Below, piece after piece: positions 1-30,890 of a stretch of DNA of 64,000 bases; the stretch's first letter is position 1; each line of letters opens with the position of its first letter. This stretch comes from Nitrospirales bacterium (GTDB lineage Bacteria; Nitrospirota; Nitrospiria; Nitrospirales; UBA8639): the NCBI GenBank assembly GCA_965203295.1, contig CBDBCZ010000011.1, forward strand, positions 192,001 to 256,000, in the 5' to 3' direction. A program made the position numbers and the translations under genes. Below the pieces are notes generated by a model that was not told the origin of the DNA, searched no databases, and worked only from the letters and a program-made list of their open reading frames with translations.

Positions 1-90
1 AAAACTGCTTACATGTACATGTAGTTGGTACCATCAGTTATGCGATTGTGGCGGGTTGTTTGTATTTCAGTCACTCTTTGGTTTACTGCT

Positions 91-983
91 TGCTCATTTG
101 GGGTTCAGTGGAACCTCTATACTAGGGTCTCTCTATATGCTCATTTGGGGTTCAGTGGAACCTCTATACTAGGGTCTCTCTATATGCTCATTTGGGGTTC
201 AGTGGAACCTCTATACTAGGGTCTCTCTATATGCTCATTTGGGGTTCAGTGGAACCTCTATACTAGGGTCTCTCTATATGCTCATTTGGGGTTCAGTGGA
301 ACCTCTATACTAGGGTCTCTCTATATGCTCATTTGGGGTTCAGTGGAACCTCTATACTGGGGTCTCTCTATATGCTCATTTGGGGTTCAGTGGAACCTCT
401 ATACTAGGGTCTCTCTATATGCTCATTTGGGGTTCAGTGGAACCTCTATACTAGGGTCTCTCTATATGCTCATTTGGGGTTCAGTGGAACCTCTATACCA
501 GGGTCTCACTATATGCTCATTTGGGTTCAGTGGAACCGCTATACTAGGGTCTCTCTATATGCTCATTTGGGGTTTAGTGGAACCGCTATACTAGGGTCTC
601 TCTATATGCTCATTTGGGGTTCAGTGGAACCGCTATACTAGGGTCTCTCTATATGCTCATTTGGGGTTCAGTGGAACCTCTATACTAGGGTCTCTCTATA
701 TGCTCATTTGGGGTTCAGTGGAACCTCTATACTAGGGTCTCTCTATATGCTCATTTGGGGTTCAGTGGAACCCCTATACTAGGGTCTCTCTATATGCTCA
801 TTTGGGGTTCAGTGGAACCTCTATACTAGGGTCTCTCTATATGCTCATTTGGGGTTCAGTGGAACCGCTATACTAGGGTCTCACTATATGCTCATTTGGG
901 GTTCAGTGGAACCTCTATACTAGGGTCTCTCTATATGCTCATTTGGGGTTCAGTGGAACCTCTATACTAGGGTCTCACTATAT
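91..983. repeat. 47-bp minisatellite, ~19 copies
   Basis: Unit GCTCATTTGGGGTTCAGTGGAACCTCTATACTAGGGTCTCTCTATAT repeated head-to-tail with few substitutions and no spacers. Confidence 0.95.
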
Positions 984-1120
984 ATGGTATCCACCTCCCT
1001 ATTAAGCCCACATTGTGGGTCCCAATGTACATGTATTATGACCTCTGTACAGCCAGTCAGCCACCTCTTAAATTGCAATTATTGGCCCAGGTTGACTGCC
1101 TATGTACAGAGGTTCCACTG
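951..1120. mobile_element. CAGTGG-type (Tc1/mariner/pogo-like) MITE
   Basis: TIR CAGTGGAACCTCT...AGAGGTTCCACTG; same terminus as the MITEs at 2879, 42057 and 50026. Confidence 0.7.
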
Positions 1121-1122
1121 GC

Positions 1123-2737
<1,615 letters not shown>

Positions 2738-2878
2738 TATTATATCATAATTAAGTTAGTGTCCCTAGAGACCATAGTAGTTTTCCTGGGGATGCTAAAA
2801 TGTTACCACTGCCAGAGCCCATGTAATACACTTTTCCTATGCTTTTAACCAGGAGTGTATGAACTTACTCTGCTTATA

Positions 2879-3056
2879 CAGTGGAACCCCTATTCAAGAA
2901 CACCTATGAAATAAGGACACAATTGTATTAAAGGACACTTTTAAATATGCTACCGTAATAGAAATTTACCCCTGAAATGAAGACACCTCTCTATACAGGA
3001 CTTTTCACCAGGTCCCCCAAGGTGCATGTCCACTATAATAGAGGGGTTCCACTTTG
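2879..3056. mobile_element. CAGTGG-type MITE
   Basis: TA-CAGTGGAACCCC...GGGGTTCCAC; homologous to 50026-50201. Confidence 0.8.
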
Positions 3057-3199
3057 TATTAACTATACATCGTCTTGCTCCCCCGTACATGATTGTGTAT
3101 GTATTAACCGCCTGTTGTGAAGGATATTTTTATGACAGATGACGACAATGACAGGCAGAATTAAACATAGCCACATTTTTCACCTCATTTCCCTCTCAG

Positions 3200-6644
<3,445 letters not shown>

Positions 6645-7051
6645 CTTCTGTTGTTTGCAGTGTACCCAACCAACAGTTTGCTGTATTTGCTCAATAGTGT
6701 GCACTCTAGTGTGCACGTGTTTAAATTGTTCTTACCACTGTACGTGTACATGTATAATATGTAAGTAAGTGCTAGTAAGTATCTCTTATTACTGTCAATG
6801 AATTGATACAGGAGAAGCAGTACAATAATTATTGGGGGGTGCAGTTTAGAGTGCACGACTACTGTAGTACATGTACATATTTACTTACTTTGGTGATCTT
6901 TGCATTCCTGAACAAAGTGGATGGCTAATGAAATGAAATTGATGAGAAGTATGCTTCTATCTCTCTGCTAAGTAATCCACAATGACTCAACTTCGGGCCA
7001 GGCTGATTTTATTATGTAGAATGCAAAATTATTGAGCAGCAGACCCCTGAC

Positions 7052-9320
7052 ATGGTTAAGTCACATCACCCTATTATAACAGGAGCCTTCAATTACACTG
7101 ATGACCAACATAAGGGATGCCGCGTTGTTGCCAGTAGCTGCCCTAGCCTAATCTCATCTCCCACAATAGCAATCCCAGCACCCAGCCAGCCAGTGGTCAT
7201 CGTAGCAATCCCAGCACCCAGCAGGCCAGTGGTCATCGTAGCAATCCCAGCACCCAGCCAGCCAGCGGTCATCGTAGCAATCCCAGCACCCAGCCAGCCA
7301 GCGGTCATCGTAGCAATCCCAGCACCCAGCCAGCCAGTGGTCATCGTAGCAATCCCAGGACCCAGCCAGCCAGTGGTCATCGTAGCAATCCCAGCACCCA
7401 GCCAGCCAGTGGTCATCGTAGCAATCCCAGCACCCAGCCAGCCAGTGGTCATCGTAGCAATCCCAGCACCCAGCCAGCCAGTGGTCATCGTAGCAATCCC
7501 AGCACCCAGCCAGCCAGGGGTCATTGGCCTTTCAGTGCCACCGATTCCACGTGACCTGGCCCGGAGGATCTGGCACAGTGGGTGCGTGGAATTCACAGGA
7601 GAAAAGTGCAATTTCCTGAAATGCATTACAAGGAAGGAAATCTGGTATTTCAGGTACAGGGTAGTATAGGATATTTCCATGAGATTCTGCCCTATCCTAT
7701 ATTACCCTGTACCAAATTTCCTGTCAAATTTCCTTGCAAGTTATTCCACTTTTTTTTGCTGTGGAAATTGACAGGCATCTCCACAAATCGATAGGATCTG
7801 GAAGGAGGTGAAAATGACATACAAAGGAGGTAGTCTCGCGGACGAGACTACAAAGGAGGAGGGAAAGGCTCAGGTACGGCACACACATGGTGATATGGGT
7901 GGTGCACATGGCTAGCCTTGTATACCCAGTTGTCCTACGTTTTTTTCACTTACAGTATAAAAGTGGAACCACTTTTTCTTCCTGCAAGTGGAAAATAAGC
8001 TGGGGTGACTGGGTACGAGGCTAGGTGGTGGCATTCATTGTCTTGATGGGTGTAGTGGCTGCATGTTGGACACCCGGAGAAAGTCTGGAATACCGCCAGC
8101 TGCAGGTGCTTGCAGTTCGGATGCACCTATTGGCACAAGTGCTTGAAGTGCCAGGGGTCGGTTGATTGCTCCTTCCACTCAAGTGTTTTTAGGAAGGGTA
8201 TATACAGTAGTGAACGTTTCACTGATTCAGACCAATGTACCTATACTCCTACAGGTAGCTGCACAGCTTTACAGCGTGATCAGTAGACTCCAGCAAATGT
8301 TTCATGCATCCAGATAATAACAATCTTAGCATTATCTCATCAACCTAAACCAACCTACAAGAAACTTCAGATCGACATTGCATGCTTCAAGAAATCATTC
8401 AGATCAGCCACTCTGCATGGGAGCAGTCCAGGCAAAATGGCTAGATGTAGAAGGCAGTGACCCCAACCTAAATGTCACACCTCTTGAGACATCATGCACA
8501 CATGCATACGTATATGCTGTAACATTCCGGTGCACTTGGATGACAGACATGCAATGGAAGGGGCACGCTTACATTGATACGGTGCTTCCACTTTGACTAA
8601 TGTCTACACCAAGAGCTTTCTGTGCTGCAGCCAATGCTCTGTATGAGCAGTAAGCAGTGTCAAAGTTAAGTCACGATCTTTCTTACCTGTGGTTCACTAC
8701 ACAGTGACAAATGCCATCACAACATTTCAATCAAGGTTAACACCAGCAAATGATTAGGTGTGCCTAGCCATGCTAAAATATGATAGTCCAACCACCAACA
8801 GTTTTCTTTAGTGTTGTTTTAGACACTGACAAGCTGCCGTTTCACTCATTAGGAGTCACTACAGAAAAAAAAAAACTGCGAAAACTTCCTGCTAATGCTA
8901 GACTCTCGTATGCATGGGGCCCAAAAGCAAGCAAGCAGAGAGCACTAACTATTACAATGTCATGTATCTCTAATAGGAACATATAGTCACATGTATGCAT
9001 GGCCCTTCTTCCTGGGAGAGCCTTCCTGTGTAGAATGATCAATCTGTCATGCAACCTCAAGGAATGGACCATGGAATCATTAATTGGGCCTGAATTTCCG
9101 CCACGACCTAAGAACTTTTATGCTCACATGGAGCCGGGTACAATCTCGATGCAATTCCCTGATCTTCAGGCGTTCCCCAAGACACATTTAAAGAAAAGGT
9201 GTATCTGGGCATACTGGAGTGCACCAAATTACCCATGTGCGGCATTCAAGACTAAAGCAGTCATCCCCAGGTTCTCAGTGAACCCGAGCAGGAATGGTAG
9301 CATCATAAGACTACCATAGT
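7052..9320 (+). mobile_element. Highly degenerate DIRS/Ngaro-like retroelement remnant
   Basis: VPPIPRDLARRIWHSGCVEF resembles the gag-like motif of these elements; Cys/His zinc-finger-like fragment at ~8090-8180 (HKCLKCQG); no intact ORF. Confidence 0.35.
7167..7525. repeat. 36-bp minisatellite, ~10 copies
   Basis: Unit TAGCAATCCCAGCACCCAGCCAGCCAGTGGTCATCG; open on both strands (PAPSQPVVIVAI). Confidence 0.95.
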
Positions 9321-10965
9321 TATCAGCCAGTAGGCATGTATGCATAATTATTGGTTGGCCGGGTTTAATTTAGTACCGGCCTATCTACATGTACTAGCAG
9401 AAAGTTATAGCTAATGAGTACACACATGATTGTATCAGTTCCAATTTTTCGCAGCGACAAATATGCATGGCGGCCAGGGCGGGGCAGCTCAGATAGCCGA
9501 CTCGCGCGCTCGGGCGGCGGGCGCCACGCCCGCGACCCCAATCGTACCCAATTAAATTCCGCACGACAGAGGTTAATTGAGTCGAGAGTTGAGCTTTCCA
9601 CCAGCGCTGCAGCACTATTGAACACCGGTTTATTGTGAAGAAGGATGGCAAAAGGTTAGCGCAGTGAATGATATTCTAGGGGCTGGGCGGGGTTGTAAAA
9701 GAATTCTTTCCAGCCGATGTAAACAAATATGCTCTCGCGCTTCAGTGCTAAAGTCAAGAGTTTATCAACGTCCGACGAACGCTGCGCGTGAATGCACGCT
9801 TGGAACGAAGCGCGACTGGAAGTAGCCCCAGGCCACACTTCCTCCAATTGCGTGGCCTGGGAAGGAGGCTAGACTGGAAAGGGCCCCGCCCCCGCCTTAT
9901 ACTCTTAACGCGCCGTGCGCAAGAACGCCAAACAAACTCTTATAGTGTAGCATTGTAGGTGCAACTGTAATGCTTCAGCAGTTTTCACTACCTTTGCAAA
10001 GCAAAAGCCTGCTGCACTAAGGGTGGGTGGGTGGGTGATTAATTAGGCTTTGACCTCCTCTTCTAGTAGATTGAGGTCACTAGCAGCTTCTCAAAACTGT
10101 GGTTTGCTGTTGCGTGGTTTATGAACAAGGACTAGTCACTTGCTCATTGCTTGTAGAAACGTTTGCGTATGGGATCAAAACTAGATCAAGCGGTCAAGGT
10201 AGTTTTTATGAGACGATCAAGGTATCATGATGAAATCCGAGCAACAGAAATTATAGTCCCCGTACACCCATGCCCTCTCGGTGAGAGAGAGTCTGGTAGC
10301 TCGATTTTAATTTCTTGTTTCTAACACCTTAGTGATCTGGAATTTCAAAGCACGAAACAGATTGCTTGAAACGTAATTAAACGAGCATGACGTCACCGAG
10401 CATGCATAATTAAATAATAACATAGCTACATGTACATCTACAAGTATGGCTATTGTCGAAAGTGAGAACTGCTTCCAGAGCATAGATAGTAGTCTATTGT
10501 CAGAGAAGGCAGTTGAGGCCGCTATCACCAGTCGCTTGAGTGCAGACATGTACATGTACGTTAACTAAGGAAAGGGGTGGGTGCTGAAAAGAGTGCCAAT
10601 TGAGAATTTGTTATAAAGAGCAATGGATACTCTACCTCCACCTGGGTCAAAACCTACTGGTCGACTCCATCCTTCCCTGTTGAAGCAACACTAAGTAGCT
10701 CTGGCTAAGTAGCTGCCCTTGAGGATTCCACACAATGAATTTTCATCATGAATCTAATTCATGAGCTGTGTGGACCCCACTCAGACCCTCCTTCTCTCTA
10801 GCTAGTTTTCGGCGGGTGAGTGTCAGAGGGTTTGAGAACAGGACTAGTTCCAGAAAGCGCATGTGTGTACATGCATGCGTTTGTGTGTGTGTGTGTGTGT
10901 AGGGGGAGGGGAGAGATCGAGTATGCTTAATACCCACACTCAAACAGTTTACATAACAGATTAAT

Positions 10966-11468
10966 TGGGTGATAGGAAGTGGTGGGGGTGGAGGTGTGGG
11001 TGATAGGAAGTGGTGGGGGTGGAGGTGTGGGTGATAGGAAGTGGTGGGGGTGGAGGTGTGGATGATAGGAAGTGGTGGGGGTGGAGGTGTGGATGATAGG
11101 AAGTGGTGGGGGTGGAGGTGTGGGTGATAGGAAGTGGTGGGGGTGGAGGTGTGGGTGATAGGAAGTGGTGGGGGGGGTGGAGGTGTGGATGATAGGAAGT
11201 GGTGGGGGTGGAGGTGTGGATGATAGGAAGTGGTGGGGGTGGAGGTGTGGATGATAGGAAGTGGTGGGGGTGGAGGTGTGGGTGATAGGAAGTGGTGGGG
11301 GTGGAGGTGTGGATGATAGGAAGTGGTGGGGGTGGAGGTGTGGATGATAGGAAGTGGTGGGGGTGGAGGTGTGGATGATAGGAAGTGGTGGGGGTGGAGG
11401 TGTGGGTGATAGGAAGTGGTGGGGGTGGAGGTGTGGATGATAGGAAGTGGTGGGGTGGAGGTGTGGAT
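10966..11468. repeat. 31-bp G-rich minisatellite, ~16 copies
   Basis: Unit GATAGGAAGTGGTGGGGGTGGAGGTGTGG(G/A)T. Confidence 0.95.
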
Positions 11469-11845
11469 GGGGCCACCAGTAACCTATTTTTGACACCGCA
11501 TATATAATTTTTCCCCGCCTCCATTTATGAGCTCTTGCCGATTTACAAAGGCCTAACCTTGCGACAGCGAGTCTTCAAACATGTAGCTGCACAAAATTCC
11601 ATGCATTAGTACATGTATGTACACAACTCAGTACTCCTACCCTGTCCCAAGTTAGACATTTGTACGTACGTACATTAGAAATAGATAGAGCTACAGGTCT
11701 AAACACTGGCTGTTCAGTTCATTCACTTCAGCCTTTGCTACATGTATGTTTCAAAGTCATCATATATGTACATGTACATGTGTACGATGATTACTGTACA
11801 TGTACATGCACCATTCCTACCCACACCCCTAACTCTCACACACAG

Positions 11846-19020
<7,175 letters not shown>

Positions 19021-19611
19021 GCTTGTACTACGTCTATGTACGACTGACCCAACAAAGATTTTGCTGTGTTTGCTCATTAGTGAGTTTATACAAAAGATTG
19101 TTCAGGAGCTGATGTAGAGGTGTGATAGCGTAGCGTAGTGACTGAACGTTGCTATATTTCTGTACGCAGGTTTAGTTGTATATTGTGTATAGAAAGGATT
19201 TTTATGTAAACTCTAAAGAAAATAATTTTTTTCCGTATCTGATTATTGTCTAATTAAAATTAGTTTGCTAGTTCTCAGTGCCATATCTCCAGTGCACTTT
19301 GCACTTAACATGTACACCCAGGAAGTATGTAGGCCACCACTTAACTACAATAGAAGGTGGGTGGGGCCTAGGTATGAGGCTACACGTCTGCACGATAGTT
19401 TCGTCATAGATACTATTCCTATAATTATATTCATATAGTATCTATGGTCTTGTGCCCCAACTTTTTGTGAACTTTCCGTCGGGGCACGAGACTACTGCAC
19501 GTCGATGGATTTTGCATAAAGAAGAAAAAATCATTTTGCCTACTTTTCCGAGGAGGACTCTGGGTATGAGACTAGCAGTTGCGAGGCCAGCTTGAAAATG
19601 AGTTCACTCCC

Positions 19612-19648
<37 letters not shown>

Positions 19649-21841
19649 ACCCTCCCCCCCCATGAAATAGGGGTGGGGCTTACAAGTCACATGTCGTGAA
19701 CTATTAAAAAAAGCGAGCTGACTACGTATACATAATTATGGCTAATTTCTCCCAGTGATGTGTATATAGTCACGGCTCATAGCGCACATAAAACGCGTAA
19801 TTATAACATCATAGATAATACATGTAATATATTATCACATTCTATGGTCACATGATACACTATTAATCATAATATGCATTGCACCGCACGAAATAGGGGC
19901 TGGGCTTGCAAGTCACATGTCGTGAACTATTGAAAAAAAATCCAGCTGACTGTACGTATGGCTACAGAGAAGGATCGGCTGCTCGCCCCCTCGGGCCAGC
20001 CCAGCGCTCCTGGAGCAGCGCCTTACCGTACGTCGTAACATAGTATCTATGGTCGTAAGGAGCCTAGCGGCATATTGTACAACGCTAGCCTCGTTCCCAG
20101 GCCTTCGCACAGCTTTAGCCTAGGAACGAGGCTAGTGCAACCATAGATAATATTGCTCCGTTACGGAGCTATATCATCTATGGTACAACACAACAGTACA
20201 AATTTACTTGTGCCGCTAGCAATAATGGAAAATTGAAAAGTGTTCGATCGTTGCCAGTAAAGTAAACTATACTATTTTGTTTAATACTTAGCTAATAATA
20301 ACTAATTTAAAAGCACCACTGATTAAGAATTAGTGTTTCAATATAATATTATAGTTCTGTAATTCAAAGTTGGCTCTGGCAGCTTAATATTTAATAAAGG
20401 TTAGAGGACACCCAATTTCGGACGGGTGATTAAATCTCCAGACAATTGTATTTTCTTACTGCTACAATATCATCTGAGTAGTGATCTAAGAAAATACAAT
20501 TGTCTAGAATGGTGCTACATGGATACACTATCCATAGCTCAAAATTTTTACTGAAATGGGTCATGCTTTTGCCATGGATTAGCCCCCCCCTCCCCCATTG
20601 GGTGATTGCATCATCTATTCTATCAGGAAGTCACTGAGTTGGCTTCCCCATTGGTGACATGTCATTAATTGATAAGCAAGCTGCTTTGTGTAAACTTTTT
20701 GAGCTGTTATCTAACATAGCTAGCCTTGTTCCCAGGCTCGCACCATTTTTGTTTGCACAAAAGTGGTCACAGGACATGTGCACGCAAAACAGCACAGGTA
20801 TATATACTAGATGCAACACGAAGAGCTTTATTTGTGTTTAATGTCATCGTGGTAGTGGCTCAAAGCTGAAGAATAGTCTCTGAGAGTAACCTGAAGCGGT
20901 TTCTGATGGTAAGGTCACTGCACGCGGGATGCCGACATTATTCTTGCGATAATGTTTCCTAGGCAATACCATATTTCATAGTAGTAATAATTTCTCAATG
21001 AGTGACACCTTATAAATTTTGTAGAATTTTCAAGTACTGTACCGTCTATATTCTATTATTACGCAAGATCCAATTTAATGCAAGAAATTGTGATGAATCT
21101 AATCTAGCACAAGTCCATCACTAATTATTTTAAGCTGAATCCAATCTAATGCAAGAGGTGTACAACTCCAGTAAATATACTTTGTAAATTGCACTATAAA
21201 CTTAGCCTTGTACCCAGGCTACTATAAACTATTTGCTAAAACAACTGTTACTCAACTAAGTCCACAAAATTGCTTCCAGTCTTCACTAAATGGCTCTTCT
21301 GAGTCTTGCTGCCTATCAAAATTCTGGTGAAACCTTGAGCCTACCTCTTGAAAAAACTGGCTTCTTTCAAAGCTACTAAACCACTCCTTTACAATGTCAA
21401 TTACAATGCATGAGCTAATTAGCGCAAGAAATTCTATTCCAGGAATTTTCAATGAATCTAATTTAGTGCAAACAAACTGAAATTAATTTATTTGCTTGTG
21501 TAATAATAGAATAAAGACGGTAATTGAATTTACCAGTACAGCTATTACGATTACTGGATTAGCCGCAGCACTTTTTAGTAGTCCACAGTGCTGGTGAATT
21601 ACCACCATGATGTCTATTAACAAGGCAAGCTGGAGAAAGTGAGAGTAGGGGCTTTCCCTTTGTTGGACCCTGCATGCACTCACTCTAGAAGATGCCTTTG
21701 GGGGCCAGCCAACCTGATATCCTGCTTAGTCTTGTTTCTATGCCCTCCGGCACTCAGATCTGACATTTGGTGAAACCGATTTGTCTTACGTAACACTTAC
21801 ACCTGCATTATTTAATTTTTGTGCCACACCTGGCCCCACAC

Positions 21842-22005
<164 letters not shown>

Positions 22006-22861
22006 CAGTTTCGTCATGTGCTACCATTTAGCAGCTGTATGTCATGTACGTTACGAAATTAAACAAAGCTACCTTGACTGTCCACCAATTTTTCGCCATC
22101 TAGACAATACAAACTCACACTCACTTGTTTTGCAGGCAGCTAGCTGTAAAATCATAATTTTGACATAATGGTAAATATAGAGTTTGTGGTGCTGTGAATG
22201 TAGATCTATGTCTACCATGCCAATGCTTCTTAGTTTAAATTTCATGTAGCATAAGGGAGGTGAAATTCTCCATGTCAACATCAAATGCAAGTACTTGTTG
22301 AACTCACTCGCAGCGCTCGTTCTATATACAGATAGATATTAAATGTGATGTGATTTGCATCTAGCATCTGGCAGTGGCAGTAGTGCTGCTGACAGATCCC
22401 AGCCTGAGCCATCTGTAGGCAGTAACTCAGAGGAGACTACAAACAATTGCACAAACAATACAGGCACACTAGGACTACAGCCATAGTCTTACCATACATG
22501 TAGGCGAATGGTCCATTTAATGCACATTTTCGTGTAGCGTATGTTGCAGTTATATCTCAGCACAGTTTTACTTACAGGACTATGTATAGCCACTCACCTT
22601 TGTGTTAAAATGTGCTCGAAGTGCTCATTTGAAGCCATCGTGTTGTCAGATCCAGCGGTCAAAGTATGATGATGTCATGCATGGTCTCACATAGTCTCGC
22701 TCAATTGCACGCACGTGATGTCACATCCGTAACACATAGACGCACGAACAAACTAGTAGATTAAAACATTGATACATCTTTGTTTGAAGCTGACCATCAT
22801 TCATCAGGAGAATACACGTACCACGCTCACTGTACACCCTTCCAAACACTCTCCCTCACAG

Positions 22862-28192
<5,331 letters not shown>

Positions 28193-29522
28193 ACTCTGTA
28201 CAGCTGCTGTTTTTACACCGAGTAGATAGTATTAATGTGTAGTGCTAAGGTGTGGAATTTAAACTTTGAATTTTTGTATATGTCTATTAAGTTTTATTGT
28301 GAAGAATATCGTACTATAACTTTCCCGTCTAGATTTGCACTTGATATTGAGTGTGTCGTCTAGTTACCACGACAACACGTAATCGCAAGCATGCCAAATA
28401 CGTTACTGCCGCCTTGATATTTAAATTTTCAAATTCATATTACAAGTTTTTAGCATAATTTCACATTTTTCAAATTCATTATGCAAGCTTTCAAATATTA
28501 TCACAGTTTTGTTCATTCAAAATGATAGCTAATGACTACGATAATTCGCTGTTGAATTACTTTTCACCCATATTTTTTAAAAAAAATTATAATCTATTTT
28601 TAAGATTTTGTGGTCATGCTCCCGCTACATATTGGTATATTATACACCACACCTGTGTCAGTCTCATGCCCATGCATAGTTACACTGTCATGTGGGGACT
28701 CACCTCATGTGCTGAGCATAAGACAAACTCAAGCACAGTAATATTAAATGTATAATTAGCACAATAAGGTACAAGTCTGTCAGCATAGAGTGTTGTACAT
28801 AGAGTATACTTTATATATCCTTCATATATCCGTGAATTTGGGCGGTGTTGGATGGTTATGCGAGATAACACAGTAAATATAATAGCATAGACATTAACTT
28901 ACAGCATGTTGTGGTCTCTTGAGCTTCTCTTTGGGGATGGTCTGCCGGCCACCTGTTTTTTAATTTGAATTCGAATGGACAGTATACAGCTGGGTGTCTT
29001 GTATACATGTGTTTCTTGCGGCGTCGTTTTTATTTTTCTCATACTTGAATTTTGAAATTTTCAATTCCTAAATGAAAGAAGGTATAAACTTATATAGTAA
29101 ACACAGTCAAGCTCAACAGCGGCTATATATATACTTGGCAAACGATGGTCTAGCCTACACTTCTTCCACCACCGAACTCTATGGTGCAGCAGTTTGAATT
29201 TCTAAAGTGCTAGTGACTCCCTCTGCTTGCAAAACAGCTGCTAAAAATTGTGCGCGTATTCGAAAGACTATAATAGACGTAGATATTATTTACATGTATC
29301 TAAAAGCGCACATAATTTAAAATGCCTAGTTCCAGTTACAGAATCAGTTTAATAGCCATAATATTATAATAGGTAAGTTGTTGCGCGCCTAGAATTAGAA
29401 TTAGATGCTGTGCGTACTGTACTGCGCAATGCAATTTTTTTTGCTGGGTGATAAACTCTCTATTTGATTATGGGTCTAATTAAGATATTACAACGAAAAC
29501 ACAAGAGCAATCATATAAAGAG

Positions 29523-30040
29523 TCAGATGATCCCGTTTACAGCAGCTGGACGGATTGGTTGGCAGCGGATCCCAGAGTGGCATTCCCCTTCCATATAGAG
29601 AGATGGCCAGGCGCTGCCTGGTGCTGTCAGGGGGAGGGATGCCCAAGTGATGGCCTTGGAGGTGGTTAATGCTTTTGATTGTACTGATGGCTTCCCCAAT
29701 CCAACCACCCAGAGACTCTGCAACAATTGGGACGAAGTGGACCTCTCGCTACAGACCTGCAGGCATCTGCGTGGGCCACCATCTTCCTCTCCTCCCCCAC
29801 ATGCAGGGCGTGACTGGGTGTGGTAGCAGCCCCGGCCAGAGTCAGTGGCTGTAACTTTAAGGTGGGGATGAGGGTGACGGTGACGTCCAGGGCATCTGGT
29901 TGACCCCTTCTCCAGTTGGGGAGATAGACGTCGGCTGGGCAGCTGCTGGAACCAGGAATCAACGATGGTACCTCCTTCCGCGGCACCAGAGCAGCCGATT
30001 GCACTGCTGAGAAGAGTGCATCACGGATAGAGTCATGCAT
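29523..30040 (-). mobile_element. Decayed 3' fragment of an RLE non-LTR retrotransposon
   Basis: HDSIRDALFSA..PADVYLPNW..ALDVTV, frameshifted; same family as 48441-49166. Confidence 0.88.
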
Positions 30041-30890
30041 GTCTATGCCGGAGTGAGGTAGGAAAGACACTTGTAATGTTTGGCGACAAAAAAACTTCTC
30101 CTACAACGATGGGATGTAGACAACCCACCTTTTGTTTGGAAGCCAGGAGGGTAGCACCAATGAGATGCAATTAGTCACGTGTGTCCCACCGTAAATTTGT
30201 AAGGGTCCCCGGTCCGGGCATAGCATAACTCCTTCCCCACGCAAAATTACTATACAGTGCATACCGGATGCTTCCTCTTCCCTATATCGCCCTCATGAAA
30301 CGTGTGTTAGACAGTCGTTTGGAATGGTTTTTCTTTTTACATCCACTAGTCACATGTCCAATGGATATTTCCCTTCAGACACTTCAAACCACCCAGTTTG
30401 TAACTTCTTCTAATATGTTTTGCTTATACAGGCACCCTAAACACGCTCTATTAAACAACAAAATCATGCTGCACTTCTAGTCGAAGTACATAAGCTCACA
30501 TCGACCAGTCCTCCAAGCCCATATATATAGGTTTTATTGGCTTTGGCTTACACATGTATAGCATTGAGCTCTAGCTCTAGCCTCATGCATTTTTACTCTT
30601 TTTTACATATTTTTACGTATTACAGTTGATGTAATTTTTACGTATTACAGTTGATGTATTCACACTCAATTAAGGTCATTGACCTTCTTTCCACATACCC
30701 TTGTGGTTACAAACTGAAGTTAGCCAGACTCCTGCACATTAACTTTACAGTGAGCATGGAGGTATGGAGGGGATATACTTCTCTCAAATGCAAACGTACA
30801 TCACTCAATTTATAGCAACAACCAAAAAATAATTTCAATAATAAAATCAGTGTTACTATAGTGTATAGTCATTCGAATCTTCTCACACTA

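Noticed and set aside
91..983. CRISPR-like array or coding ORFs
   Set aside because: Contiguous tandem units with no unique spacers, no cas genes, eukaryotic context; ORFs are repeat artefacts
7052..7680. Repeat protein gene on either strand
   Set aside because: Stop-free 36-bp repeat inside a probable decayed retroelement; no exon context
10927..11524. Pro/His-rich ~190-aa ORFs
   Set aside because: Product of the 31-bp repeat; unit is not a multiple of 3
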